In this document: positions 27,242 through 36,588 of the stretch, in pieces | Layout of the letters: each line of letters begins with the position of its first letter | Numbering within the stretch: position 1 is the first letter of the stretch | Assembly: GCA_045863295.1 (NCBI GenBank) | Contig: BTWA01000011.1 | Coordinates: forward strand, 1 to 64,000 | DNA length: 64,000 bases | Origin: Candidatus Hydrogenedentota bacterium | GTDB taxonomy: Bacteria > Hydrogenedentota > Hydrogenedentia > Hydrogenedentales > SLHB01 | Direction of reading: 5' to 3' | Program-made: the position numbers and the translations under genes | The notes under the pieces: generated by a model | Told to the model about the DNA's origin: nothing | Seen by the model: only the letters and a program-made list of their open reading frames with translations | The model's database searches: none

Positions 27242-28514
27242 GCAATTGCCACTCGTGTTCAATGTGAAAGCAGTAGATGTTGTGCTGCGCCAGTAAACCG
27301 GCGCACTCCTCGTACTTCGGAGCGTTATCGATGAGAAACACCGTCACGTTGAATCCCGATACCTTCATCTGCCCCAGGATCAGAGCCAAATCGGGCGTCA
27401 CAACAGGCAGCACCGGAATCAGCGTCGCGTCGCGCGGCAACTTCCGGAACTCGTTCATGATCAGCTGCCCGCAGTCGAGACCGTCGGTCGGCAACACGCG
27501 CGCCAGATTCTCGATAATCTGTTGCGCTTGCCCGATGCCCCGCCGCGTCGGCACCGTCAGCGGGTTAAGCCGATCGGATTCATCCTCCCCCGCCAAGGCC
27601 GCGTCCATGTCCTGCCGCGCCAGCGTCGTCTTCGCCGCCACCTCGTATTTCGCCACCTCCGCCGCATCGCGCGCGTTGGTGATCAACCCCACTTGTTCGT
27701 TGGACATCTGCAGCAGATACGCAATCGAAGCCGCCGTGGTCACCGCCAGTTCCATCCGGCCTTCGCCTTTTTCACCCTGATACCACGCCTCGAACAAATC
27801 GAGGATCAATGTGCCGCCCATCACATTTGCCGGTTCACATTGTTTGACAAATAATTCGCCCGTTCGCGCGGAAGCCTTCCAATGAATGCGATTGAACGGA
27901 TCGCCCCGCACATACTCGCGCAAGCTCGAAAACCGTGTCGGATCTTCGTACACCCGGTTGCTCATCCGCACCGGTCCGTGCGGCCGTTTCGCCGCAACGT
28001 TAAACGTGTCAATATACGCCACCGTCGGAAGTACCGAGACATATTCCTGTTGATGCCCGCTGCGGAACCGCTTCTGCAATCCGAACAAGTCGCCCGACTC
28101 CATCAGCAACGGCCCAACCCGGTGATACCCGCGCTTCGGACACGTCAAGGTGTAATTCAACCGCAACGACCGCCCCGGCATCAGCACAGCCAGCCGGCAC
28201 TTGTCTCCCATCACCGGAAATCCACTCGGCGTAAAGTCTTCGATGAATATCCAGGGAATCGGCCAACCGCGCCGGTTGGTCAGCGTGATGGAAACAACCG
28301 CCTCTTCGCCCTGCCGCAACGTGGTGCGATCAATGGTGCGCTCGCAATCCAACCCCGATAGCCACGCGCGCGACGATACATTGGCCAACGCCACCAGCAA
28401 AACAAATGCCCAAATGGCGTAGCCCATATACGGCGATTTCACCAGAAACGCAAGCGCCAACACCAACGCCGACGAACCGTATAGAATCAGATTCCGCTTA
28501 ACCGTTTCGCTCAT
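27216..28514 (-). CDS. DUF58 (MoxR-associated vWA-like) protein
   Basis: RGYHRVGPL...GDLFGL, LREYVRGDPFNRIHWKASARTGELFVK. Confidence 0.88.
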   Translation of the reverse strand: MSETVKRNLILYGSSALVLALAFLVKSPYMGYAIWAFVLLVALANVSSRAWLSGLDCERTIDRTTLRQGEEAVVSITLTNRRGWPIPWIFIEDFTPSGFPVMGDKCRLAVLMPGRSLRLNYTLTCPKRGYHRVGPLLMESGDLFGLQKRFRSGHQQEYVSVLPTVAYIDTFNVAAKRPHGPVRMSNRVYEDPTRFSSLREYVRGDPFNRIHWKASARTGELFVKQCEPANVMGGTLILDLFEAWYQGEKGEGRMELAVTTAASIAYLLQMSNEQVGLITNARDAAEVAKYEVAAKTTLARQDMDAALAGEDESDRLNPLTVPTRRGIGQAQQIIENLARVLPTDGLDCGQLIMNEFRKLPRDATLIPVLPVVTPDLALILGQMKVSGFNVTVFLIDNAPKYEECAGLLAQHNIYCFHIEHEWQLHEISPARI

Positions 28515-28616
28515 GCAGTCTCTCAACGCAATGGTTCGCTCGCCAGGGAGAATTCGGATCCCGGCAATACTCAGTCTCCGTATCTATTCACAAGCGCATG
28601 CCACACCGCCGCGCAC

Positions 28617-29096
28617 CTACTTCAAATCCAGCGCGAACCCTTCCTGGCCGCGCGGCGAAAAGTGAACCGTGTCGCACGGCACAAACCCATACCGCCGGTA
28701 CAGCGCCTTGGCCGTTTCAAACACCGTCGAAGTCTCCAATTCCACCCGCTTGAATCCAAGCGCCCTGGCCTGTTCCAGCGCGTGTTCGAGCAACCATTTG
28801 CCGTTGCCCCCGCCGCGCGCGGATTCCAACAGGTACATCTTCCGCAACTCGCACGTATGGGTATCCAAGGCATAAATGCCCACCGTGCCTACAATCGATC
28901 GATCCGAGTCTTCTAAAACGTAAAAGCACCCGCCCCGGTTCCAGTAGTGCCCTTCCAAATCATCCATGTCCGCGTCGATCCCGTCCGGGTCCGTCGCCAG
29001 GCCAAACTGACGCAGTACGCCAAACACAACGCCTTTCACGCCATCGCAGTCCCCGTTGCGCGCCGGCCGAAGTGAATATCGATTCTGGTGTATCAT
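28617..29096 (-). CDS. GNAT family N-acetyltransferase
   Basis: CELRKMYLLESARGGGNGKWLL, LET, ALYRRYGF. Confidence 0.9.
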   Translation of the reverse strand: MIHQNRYSLRPARNGDCDGVKGVVFGVLRQFGLATDPDGIDADMDDLEGHYWNRGGCFYVLEDSDRSIVGTVGIYALDTHTCELRKMYLLESARGGGNGKWLLEHALEQARALGFKRVELETSTVFETAKALYRRYGFVPCDTVHFSPRGQEGFALDLK

Positions 29097-29244
29097 CGGG
29101 AAACCCTCAAAGACTATGCCCCGCCAGTCACAGTTCCCCTACCCCACTTCATGCAGACCGCTTGCGCAACCCGTCGCCTTCTGGCACCATTCAACACTTT
29201 TTGGCTCAATCAGTACACCAAATTCGCAAGGCAGGAGCAACGCA

Positions 29245-30201
29245 ATGGCCCAGACATCCGCCACCTTCGGCTCGGTCGCCCTAGAAAACGCTACCTGGTA
29301 CCAAGGTTCGCGCTACAGCTACCCCCTGACCGGCCATCACACCGGAGGCGCGTTGGCCGCGATCGACATTCTCAAACGCCGTGGCTCCGAACCGCCCCTC
29401 CACCTCCACCAAAACGAACACGAAATCTTCGTGGTCCTCGAGGGGCAAACCGAGTTCCACTCTCCGCTGGGCGTCGCCAGCGCGCATCCCGGCGCCATTG
29501 CGTTTCTCCCGAAAGCCATTCCCCACACGTTCCGCATATGCCAGGATTGGGGCAAATTGCTGGTACTGGTAGCCCCGTCCGGTTTTGAAAACTACCTGCT
29601 ACCGTTCAGTCCTCCCGCCACCCACCTCGGCATGCCGCCCGAACCGGGAGAATTGGATATTCCCGCACTTATCGCGCGCGGCGCGGAATTCGGTATCGAC
29701 TTCTTTCCCCCGAATACGGATGTGACAAAAGTACCCTATCATCAGCCCGATGGCCTCGTCCCGTTCGTACAATCCCGGGACGACGGCGAAACCCTCGACA
29801 TCCTCGGTATCACTACCATCGTCAAGGTTTCCGCCGCGGACTCCGCGGGCACGCTGTCCGTATTCGTCACGGTTGACCCACCCAAGGTGGGCCCGCCGCT
29901 CCACACCCATTCGCGCGAAGACGAAACCATCTGCGTAATGGAAGGCGACTACCTTATACACGACGGCGCCGGCATCCGGCCTGCACGGCCCGGCGATTGG
30001 GCCCACTTCCCGAAAGGCGTTCCCCACACGTACGCCAACGCCGGGGATCAGCCCGGACGCTTGCTCATCGTCACCACTCCGGGCGGATACGAAGCCTTTT
30101 TTCGCGACGTTCACGACAGTGGCCGCGACAGGGACAAGTTCATGGCAGTGGCCGCAAACCACGGCCTCGAAATCTGTGGGCCACCCATTACGGTTCCATG
30201 A
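29245..30201 (+). CDS. Bicupin, quercetin 2,3-dioxygenase-like
   Basis: Two cupin metal motifs, PPLHLHQNEHE...PH and PPLHTHSREDE...PH; AGGAG RBS before MAQTSAT. Confidence 0.8.
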   Translation: MAQTSATFGSVALENATWYQGSRYSYPLTGHHTGGALAAIDILKRRGSEPPLHLHQNEHEIFVVLEGQTEFHSPLGVASAHPGAIAFLPKAIPHTFRICQDWGKLLVLVAPSGFENYLLPFSPPATHLGMPPEPGELDIPALIARGAEFGIDFFPPNTDVTKVPYHQPDGLVPFVQSRDDGETLDILGITTIVKVSAADSAGTLSVFVTVDPPKVGPPLHTHSREDETICVMEGDYLIHDGAGIRPARPGDWAHFPKGVPHTYANAGDQPGRLLIVTTPGGYEAFFRDVHDSGRDRDKFMAVAANHGLEICGPPITVP

Positions 30202-30266
30202 AACGTGATTACCATTTCGTTGGCGAGTGATGTATACTAAAGCCCAATCTATGGGAGCCAGACCGT

Positions 30267-30704
30267 ATGCGTTACACAATATGTTGCGTTTTGGGAATCC
30301 TTGTGCTCACCTCCGGTTGCGCCCGGAACCGGTTGCACTCCGAAAACGAGCGCCAATCCACCATTGGTATCGTCCAACGCGAAATCACCGTGGGCATGTA
30401 TTCCACCGACGTCATCGCCGCCCTCGGCTCGCCCAACATCGTGCGCCGCCAGGACGGCAAGGAAGTCTTCGTCTACGACAAAATCGCCACCGAAGCCTCC
30501 TACAAAAATAGCAGCACGGGGGTGAGCGGCAGCGTGGGAGCGGCCGGCATGGCGGGCGACGCCCTCCTGCTCGGCGGCGTCGGCGCATCCCACAACCGGG
30601 GCAAAGGCGCTTCAGCCACGACCCAGAAGACACTCACTGTCATCATCCGGTTCGACGCCAACGATCGCGTGGAATCGTTCGACTACCACACCAGCACGTT
30701 CTAA
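30267..30704 (+). CDS. Lipoprotein, SmpA/OmlA (BamE)-like fold
   Basis: Lipobox LTSGC; ITVGM...DVIAALGSPN...VFVY...TLTVIIRFD..RV. Confidence 0.65.
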   Translation: MRYTICCVLGILVLTSGCARNRLHSENERQSTIGIVQREITVGMYSTDVIAALGSPNIVRRQDGKEVFVYDKIATEASYKNSSTGVSGSVGAAGMAGDALLLGGVGASHNRGKGASATTQKTLTVIIRFDANDRVESFDYHTSTF

Positions 30705-30756
30705 CGTATGGCAGGCATCCCAGCCTGCTATTCTTGGAACTACAGAGGACCAAACC

Positions 30757-31263
30757 ATGCCGTCCTACCGATTACGACTTGCTCTCATCGCGATGGCACT
30801 GCCATTCGTGTTCGGTTGCGCCACCTCCGACCCCGAACCTCAGCCCATGTCCCAGGTCGAAATGCGCAACATGCAAACCCGCCAATTCGACACCAATGAC
30901 AGCAAACTCGTCATGAAGGCCATGCTCAGCACACTGCAGGACATGGGATTCATCGTCAACAGCGCCGACGCCGATCTCGGCTACATCAGCGCGAATAAAT
31001 GGACCGAGGTGCAGCACAGCAAGAAAGAAATGAAGAAGGCGAAGAAAGACGAGACGCCGCTGGCGCAGAACATCGTACTCGAATGCACCGCCAACGTGAC
31101 CATCCAAGGGGGCGCCGCCCGCGTGCGCGCCAACTTCCAAAAGAAGACCGTCGACACTGCCGGCAACACCATGCAAGCCGGGCCAATCGAAGACGCGGCT
31201 TTCTACCAGACCTTCTTCTCCAAAGTGGACAAGGGACTCTTCCTGGAATCGTCCGGGGTGTAG
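30757..31263 (+). CDS. Hypothetical lipoprotein
   Basis: Signal peptide with VFGC lipobox; MQTRQF...LQDMGF...FYQTFFSKVDK. Confidence 0.65.
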   Translation: MPSYRLRLALIAMALPFVFGCATSDPEPQPMSQVEMRNMQTRQFDTNDSKLVMKAMLSTLQDMGFIVNSADADLGYISANKWTEVQHSKKEMKKAKKDETPLAQNIVLECTANVTIQGGAARVRANFQKKTVDTAGNTMQAGPIEDAAFYQTFFSKVDKGLFLESSGV

Positions 31264-31302
31264 ATCAAGCGGACTTGGCAATGCCTCAGCAGCAAAGTCT
31301 CG

Positions 31303-32409
31303 TCACTTGGAGTTTTTCCGTCCTTCGACTTTCAAATGATCGGGCAGACGCTTTGCCGCCTGTTCCAAGGCCTCAATCCTTGCCCGTTCGCCTTCAGCTT
31401 CCAACATGGCCCGGCGTCTCTCGGCAAATCGTTCATACTCGGCCTCGGCCATTGCGTCGGCTTGCTGCTATTTCATTGTGCCTGGTCCGGATAAAACCTC
31501 ACGGTCGTTGAACCGCAAAAACTCGTCGAGCTTCGCGTCCCATTGCGTGAGAAACACCTGCTTTCGCCGCTTGGCCTGATCTTCGGCGAAGTCCAGCCAC
31601 ATGGTCACAATCCGATTCGATGCCGAGATTTCCTCTTCGTCGAGGTAATTTTTGGCCACCGTCACGTCCGTCTTGAGAACCCGATTTCCTTTCCACGTCT
31701 TCAATCCCATATTGGGTTGGGTATGGTCAGCCCGTTCAGCAATCAATTGCGCGGCCGTTTTGCCCGTCGCGGCGTAGTGCAGTTTGTTCTGGATGACCTT
31801 GAAGAAAGTTGCCGTATCCTCACGCGAATCGTCATAGTCCGCAGCCAAGGCGAAGATTTCCTTCACTCGGAGGTACATCCGCTTCTCACTGGCCCGGATA
31901 TCCCGTATCCGCTCCAGCAGTTCGTCAAAGTAATCGGGGACACCGGCTCCGTCTATGGGGGGATTCTTGAGCCGTTCGTCATCCATGGTGAATCCCTTCA
32001 CCAGGTACTCACGAAGCCGCTCTGTGGCCCATTGACGAAATTGGGTTCCGCGTGACGAACGCACGCGGTATCCTACTGCCAGGATTGCGTCGAGGTTGTA
32101 GTGCCGTACTGTCCGGCGAACCTCGCGCTGACCTTCCGTTCGAACTTGTAAGTAATGCTTACAAGTTGCCGATTCTTCAATCTCCCCTTCTTCGTAAAGC
32201 GATTTCAAATGAAGGGTTATATTTTGGGGCGTGGTTTGAAACAGCTCCGCCATGCCCGCTTGAGACAGCCACAACGTTTCGTCCGCGAAGCGACACTCTA
32301 CACGGGTGCGGCCATCGTCCGTTTGGTAGAGCAAGACTTCGCCTTGCCCCTCCGATCCGGTTGCCGTCAATCTTTTCACGTTTATGCCCCGTTTGCTATA
32401 TGGCTTCAC
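31303..32409 (-). pseudogene. rhuM: RhuM-family protein interrupted by one in-frame TAG at 31468-31470
   Basis: ETLWLSQAGMAELF, HYNLDAILAVGYRVRSSRGTQFRQWAT, YFDELLERIRDIRASEKR, AKNYL; the frame continues past the TAG with QQADAMAEAEYERFAERRR... to TGA at 31303. Confidence 0.75.
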
Positions 32410-32682
32410 CCGCGCCCGAATGAGATTCTAGTGTACCCGTCCGGATGGTGAGTGTATAGCCGGGAGGAATTCGAGTTTTCGCACAAATGTGGTTATCGGC
32501 ACGGCGCTGCCTTAGAATTTACACCATTGAGAGGACCACTGTGGTATTCTGGCGTGGCAAGGGGGACAGAGTACCGTCCAAGTGGTTGACAGCCCAGCCA
32601 CACCAAACGCACGTATATTAAACACATTCCAAAGCACACTACCCGTTTGCAGGGAGCAATCCGCTTTGGGGGAGGGACATCC

Positions 32683-33987
32683 ATGAAAAAGCAGTTTCAC
32701 GGTTTGCGCATCATTCCCGTTGTCCTTGTGTGTCTGACGGCCGCACTACTCACCGGGTGTCCCTTGGCGCCCAAAGTCACCGTCGTGTACGTAAACGCGA
32801 ATACGGCGGCGACCAAATTCGCGCAAGACGGCTTGACCTGGCCAACAGCCTTCGCCGAAATCCAGGCGGGCATTGATGCCGCGGCAGCGGCGGGCGGCGG
32901 CGAGGTCTGGGTGGCGAAAGGAACCTATGCGGAATCGCGCTCCAGCGATCCCGACGGCTCGCTAGTGATGAAGCCGGGCGTTCATGTGTACGGCGGGTTC
33001 ATCGGCCTGGAACTGGTCCGCCATACGGAAGGGTGCGACTACAAGGAAACCATCATCGACGGATCCAACGGCCGGGCCGGATTGGTGACGCCGCCGGTCG
33101 CCCCGAATGCGTACCACGTCATCAAAGGCGCTGACAATGCCACGCTCGACGGGTTCTACATCACCGGCGGCGACGGAACGGCGGCCGCGGGGACATCGAA
33201 TATGGGCGCGGGCATGTACAACGACAGCGTGTCTCCCACCATCAACAATTGCGCCTTCTACAGCAATTTCGCCGGATTCGGCGGGGGCATGTACAACCTC
33301 AACGCCAATCCCGTCATCACCAAGTGCCGGTTCGAGAACAACGTGGGATTGGCCATTGCCGGCGCAATCTACAATGACGCCTCCGCGCCCGACATCTCCC
33401 GTTCGCTCTTCATCAACAATGTGGGCATCACGATGGGCGGCGCCATGTCGAACCTCAATGGATCGGCCCCGGTGGTGACAAGCTGCCAGTTCCTCTTGAA
33501 TCAGGCGGCGGCGTTGGGCGGCGCCATGTTTAATGGCACCAGCACGGTCACCCTCACGAACTGCGTTTTTGCCTACGGCATCGCCTATAGCGCGGCGGGC
33601 GGCGTATACAACGCCGCATCGTCGGTCGACATCCTCAATTGCGTGTTCTACGCCAACTACGTGGCCGGTACCGGCGGCGCCATTGTGGACGACGGTACAG
33701 ACACCCGGATCGTCAACACGATCTTCCGCTCCAACGAAGCAACCGCGTCCGATGTCGATATCACCGGCGTCGTGGACATCACATACAGTTGCACGCAATC
33801 GGGCATTCCGGGGATCGGCAACATCGTGGCAAACCCGCTGTTCGTCGACGAGCTCGACGGCAATTTCCAACTACGCCCCGGTTCGCCTTGCATTGATACA
33901 GGCACCCCCGTGGGAACGCCCACCGTGGATATCCGCGACCACCCCCGGCCGCAAGGGGCCAACGTGGACATGGGCGTATTTGAGTAA
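32683..33987 (+). CDS. Secreted/lipoprotein right-handed beta-helix protein with choice-of-anchor-like C-terminus
   Basis: LLTGC lipobox; GGEVWVAKGTY, repeated N..GGGMYN/NC.F..N units; FQLRPGSPCIDTG...PRPQGANVDMGVFE. Confidence 0.8.
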   Translation: MKKQFHGLRIIPVVLVCLTAALLTGCPLAPKVTVVYVNANTAATKFAQDGLTWPTAFAEIQAGIDAAAAAGGGEVWVAKGTYAESRSSDPDGSLVMKPGVHVYGGFIGLELVRHTEGCDYKETIIDGSNGRAGLVTPPVAPNAYHVIKGADNATLDGFYITGGDGTAAAGTSNMGAGMYNDSVSPTINNCAFYSNFAGFGGGMYNLNANPVITKCRFENNVGLAIAGAIYNDASAPDISRSLFINNVGITMGGAMSNLNGSAPVVTSCQFLLNQAAALGGAMFNGTSTVTLTNCVFAYGIAYSAAGGVYNAASSVDILNCVFYANYVAGTGGAIVDDGTDTRIVNTIFRSNEATASDVDITGVVDITYSCTQSGIPGIGNIVANPLFVDELDGNFQLRPGSPCIDTGTPVGTPTVDIRDHPRPQGANVDMGVFE

Positions 33988-33991
33988 TAGG

Positions 33992-34123
33992 CAAAGGACA
34001 TAAAAGTCAAAAGGGACCCAAGGAATTGCCCAGGGCGCTAGCCCTGCTAATCGCCTTGGGTCCCTTGAGTCCCTTTAGGGCCTTTGAGTCGCTTATGTCC
34101 TTTGAGTCCCTTAGGTCCCTTTC
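33992..34123. repeat. Array of ~9-bp repeats (consensus GTCCYTTRR): ~3 inverted copies, then ~7 direct copies, able to form a hairpin
   Basis: gtcccttga gtccctttag ggcctttga gtcgcttat gtcctttga gtcccttag gtccctttc; perfect 13-bp IR aagggacccaagg (34011-34023)/ccttgggtccctt (34054-34066); inner hairpin cagggc-gcta-gccctg. Confidence 0.9.
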
Positions 34124-34144
34124 TTTTCTTGGAAGGAGCTACGC

Positions 34145-34720
34145 ATGCCTGAAGGCTTCATCCCGCCTCACGGCGGCTACGCCAGCCTGCTTTCCTACCA
34201 GAAAGCAGAAATCATTTACGACGCCACGGTCCGCTTCTGCGATCGCTACCTCGTAAAACCCGACCGAACCCGAGACCAGATGATCCAGGCCGCTCGCTCC
34301 GGCAAACAGAATATCGTCGAAGGCAGTATGGCCTCGGGAACGTCCACCGAAACCGAAATCAAACTCACCAACGTCGCCCGAGCCAGCCTCGAGGAACTTC
34401 TGGCCGACTATCGCGACTTCCTGCGCGTTCGCAATCTGGACGAATGGTCACGCGACCACCCATACACCGCACGCTTGCGAGAACTGAACCGCACGCCCGG
34501 CGCCAACTACGAAACCTTCCGCAAAGCCGTCGAACATCCCGACCCCGCCATCAGCGCCAACGCCATCATCGGTCTGATCAAAGTGACCAGTTATCTCCTC
34601 GACCAGCAGATTCGCCGCCTTGAACAGGACTTCCTCAAAAAGGGCGGCCTGCGCGAACGCATGACCCACGCCCGCCTAGCCGAACGCGACAAACGCAACA
34701 AAAAAGATGACCCCTCATAA
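34145..34720 (+). CDS. Four-helix-bundle protein (23S rRNA IVS protein/Avd-like) with four-helix-bundle suffix domain
   Basis: GGYASLLSYQKA, RTRDQMIQAARSGKQNIVEGS, EIKLTNVARASLEELLADY, LLDQQIRRLEQDFLKKGGLRERMT. Confidence 0.85.
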   Translation: MPEGFIPPHGGYASLLSYQKAEIIYDATVRFCDRYLVKPDRTRDQMIQAARSGKQNIVEGSMASGTSTETEIKLTNVARASLEELLADYRDFLRVRNLDEWSRDHPYTARLRELNRTPGANYETFRKAVEHPDPAISANAIIGLIKVTSYLLDQQIRRLEQDFLKKGGLRERMTHARLAERDKRNKKDDPS

Positions 34721-34728
34721 ACATTTAG

Positions 34729-34765
34729 GTCCCTTTTAGTCCCTTTGGTCTCTTACATCCTTCGC
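34729..34765 (+). repeat. Downstream array of the same 9-bp repeat (3-4 degenerate copies)
   Basis: gtccctttta gtccctttg gtctcttac atccttcgc, same orientation as the upstream direct array. Confidence 0.8.
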
Positions 34766-34772
34766 TGCCTTC

Positions 34773-35660
34773 TCACGACCCCATCACCTTCAGGATCACC
34801 CAATCCATCCACTTTGCCGGCAGGATGCGCGACAGATTCACCATGAGGTGGGCGTCGGGGCCGACCAGATAGCGCGTGCGCGGAAAACTGGACTCAAGCG
34901 CGTGGGCCACTTTCTTGGCAACGCGTTCCGGCGGGATACCCCATTGGCCGACGCGCATGGCCGCATCGCCGAACCGGATATAGCGCCGCCCGTAGAGTTC
35001 CTTCGCCTCATCCGAAAAACCGTCTATCGACTTTTCCGCTTCGCTCTTGGATTTGGTCCAGATTGGCGTGGCGATGCTGCCGGGTTCGACGCAACTCACG
35101 GAAATACCCCAGGGGCGGAGCTCCATCCGTAGCGCGTCGTTGACCGCTTCCAGCGCGTATTTAGAGGCATGATAAGGGCCAACGTACGGTGTGGTAACGC
35201 GGCCGCCCATGGAACTGATATTCACGATTCGTCCCCGGACCGGCCGAATGTAGCGTAGAAAGGCCTGGGTCACGGCGACCTGACCGAACAGGTTCACCTC
35301 GAACTGCCGCCGCAACTCGTCCAGCGGAATGAATTCCATGGGCCCAGGCACGCCGATGCCCGCGTTGTTCACCAGCCCGTGCAGGCCCGCACCGCCCACC
35401 GCCTCGTCGAAACGGGCCGCCGCTTCCCGGATGGACCCTGCGTCTTGCACGTCGATCCGGACGGGGATAACCTCTTTGGATATCTCATTTTGCAGCCGTT
35501 CCCCGTCTTCAGGTTTGCGGATTCCCGCGAATACGCGGAAGCCCCTTTTGTGCAAATAGGCGGCGCACCCGGCCCCGATACCGGTGGATGCGCCGGTAAT
35601 CAAGACGTTTCGCTTTGCGCTGTCCGGCGATGTAACCAATTCCGCATTCTCCTGGTCCAA
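34773..35660 (-). CDS. Short-chain dehydrogenase/reductase (classical, 17-beta-HSD/RDH-like)
   Basis: LITGASTGIG, LVNNAG, YHASK. Confidence 0.92.
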   Translation of the reverse strand: MDQENAELVTSPDSAKRNVLITGASTGIGAGCAAYLHKRGFRVFAGIRKPEDGERLQNEISKEVIPVRIDVQDAGSIREAAARFDEAVGGAGLHGLVNNAGIGVPGPMEFIPLDELRRQFEVNLFGQVAVTQAFLRYIRPVRGRIVNISSMGGRVTTPYVGPYHASKYALEAVNDALRMELRPWGISVSCVEPGSIATPIWTKSKSEAEKSIDGFSDEAKELYGRRYIRFGDAAMRVGQWGIPPERVAKKVAHALESSFPRTRYLVGPDAHLMVNLSRILPAKWMDWVILKVMGS

Positions 35661-35771
35661 CTCGTTGAGTTGGGCTTGCTTATGGTCTCCGACGCTCTTG
35701 ACCTGTCATAATACCGCTTCCGGTGGTAAAAAACAGGTGTGGGGCCTCCAAACGGGGTTGGGAAATCACGC

Positions 35772-36575
35772 GTGAAAGACTTAAAACTATACGGCGGCTG
35801 GGCCGTCGTGACGGGGGCGTCTGCCGGGTTGGGCCGCGAATTTGCCCGCATCATCGCCTCGAACGGCGTGAACTGCGTGCTCATTGGGCTCGGCAAAGCC
35901 GACCTGGACGCCGTTGCCGATGAACTGCGAAGCAAGCATGGCGTGGAAGTGCGCGCGCTGGAATTGGACCTGACGGCCGATGGATATCTCGAGGTGGTCG
36001 CCAAAGCCACGGAGGATATTCCTGTTGGGATCTTGGTGAACAACGCGGGCATCGGCGTGGGCGGCTATTTTCACACCCGCGACCCGAAAAAGCTGACGGC
36101 ACTGGTGAAATTGAATTGCCTCGCGCCGGTGGAGTTGACCCGCCATTTCCTGCCCGCCATGGTGGATCGGAAAACAGGCGCCGTAATCATGGTGTCCTCC
36201 ATTTTCGGCCTCGTGCCCGCGCCGATGGAAGCGGCCTATACCGCGTCCAAAGCCTTTGATCTGCATTTCGGCGAAGCGCTTTGGTCGGAGATGCGGGGCA
36301 AAGGCGTCGATGTAGTGACGATTTGCCCCGGCGGCATGCGGACGGGATTCTTCGTGGCAGATGGCCTGACCGATCCCAAGGAACTGGCGCGCATTCACCG
36401 CAATTCGAACACCCCGGAAGAAGTGGCGATGCGCACGTTGAACGCGCTCGGCCGCAAACCGGTCACGACGATGCCGTTCGCCTGGGTGTGCGGGTTTCTC
36501 GCGCGGTTCGCGCCGCGCCGGTTGGTCACCATGATTGTGCGTTTTTCATTTGACCGCATGGTCACGTATCACTGA
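35772..36575 (+). CDS. Short-chain dehydrogenase/reductase (DltE/ketoacyl-reductase-like)
   Basis: YGGWAVVTGASAGLG, LVNNAG, YTASK; probable GTG start at 35772. Confidence 0.9.
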   Translation: MKDLKLYGGWAVVTGASAGLGREFARIIASNGVNCVLIGLGKADLDAVADELRSKHGVEVRALELDLTADGYLEVVAKATEDIPVGILVNNAGIGVGGYFHTRDPKKLTALVKLNCLAPVELTRHFLPAMVDRKTGAVIMVSSIFGLVPAPMEAAYTASKAFDLHFGEALWSEMRGKGVDVVTICPGGMRTGFFVADGLTDPKELARIHRNSNTPEEVAMRTLNALGRKPVTTMPFAWVCGFLARFAPRRLVTMIVRFSFDRMVTYH

Positions 36576-36588
36576 TTTGGAATTTTAC

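Noticed and set aside
32586..32619. TTGACA...TATATT upstream of the beta-helix gene, and TTGACA...TATAAG at 55187-55219
   Set aside because: Spacers of 21-22 nt are too long for a sigma70 promoter
33992..34123. Possible CRISPR array
   Set aside because: Units are 9 bp, contiguous and spacer-less; no cas genes in the window
34145..34720. Diversity-generating retroelement suggested by the Avd-like protein
   Set aside because: No reverse transcriptase and no template/variable repeat pair seen in the window
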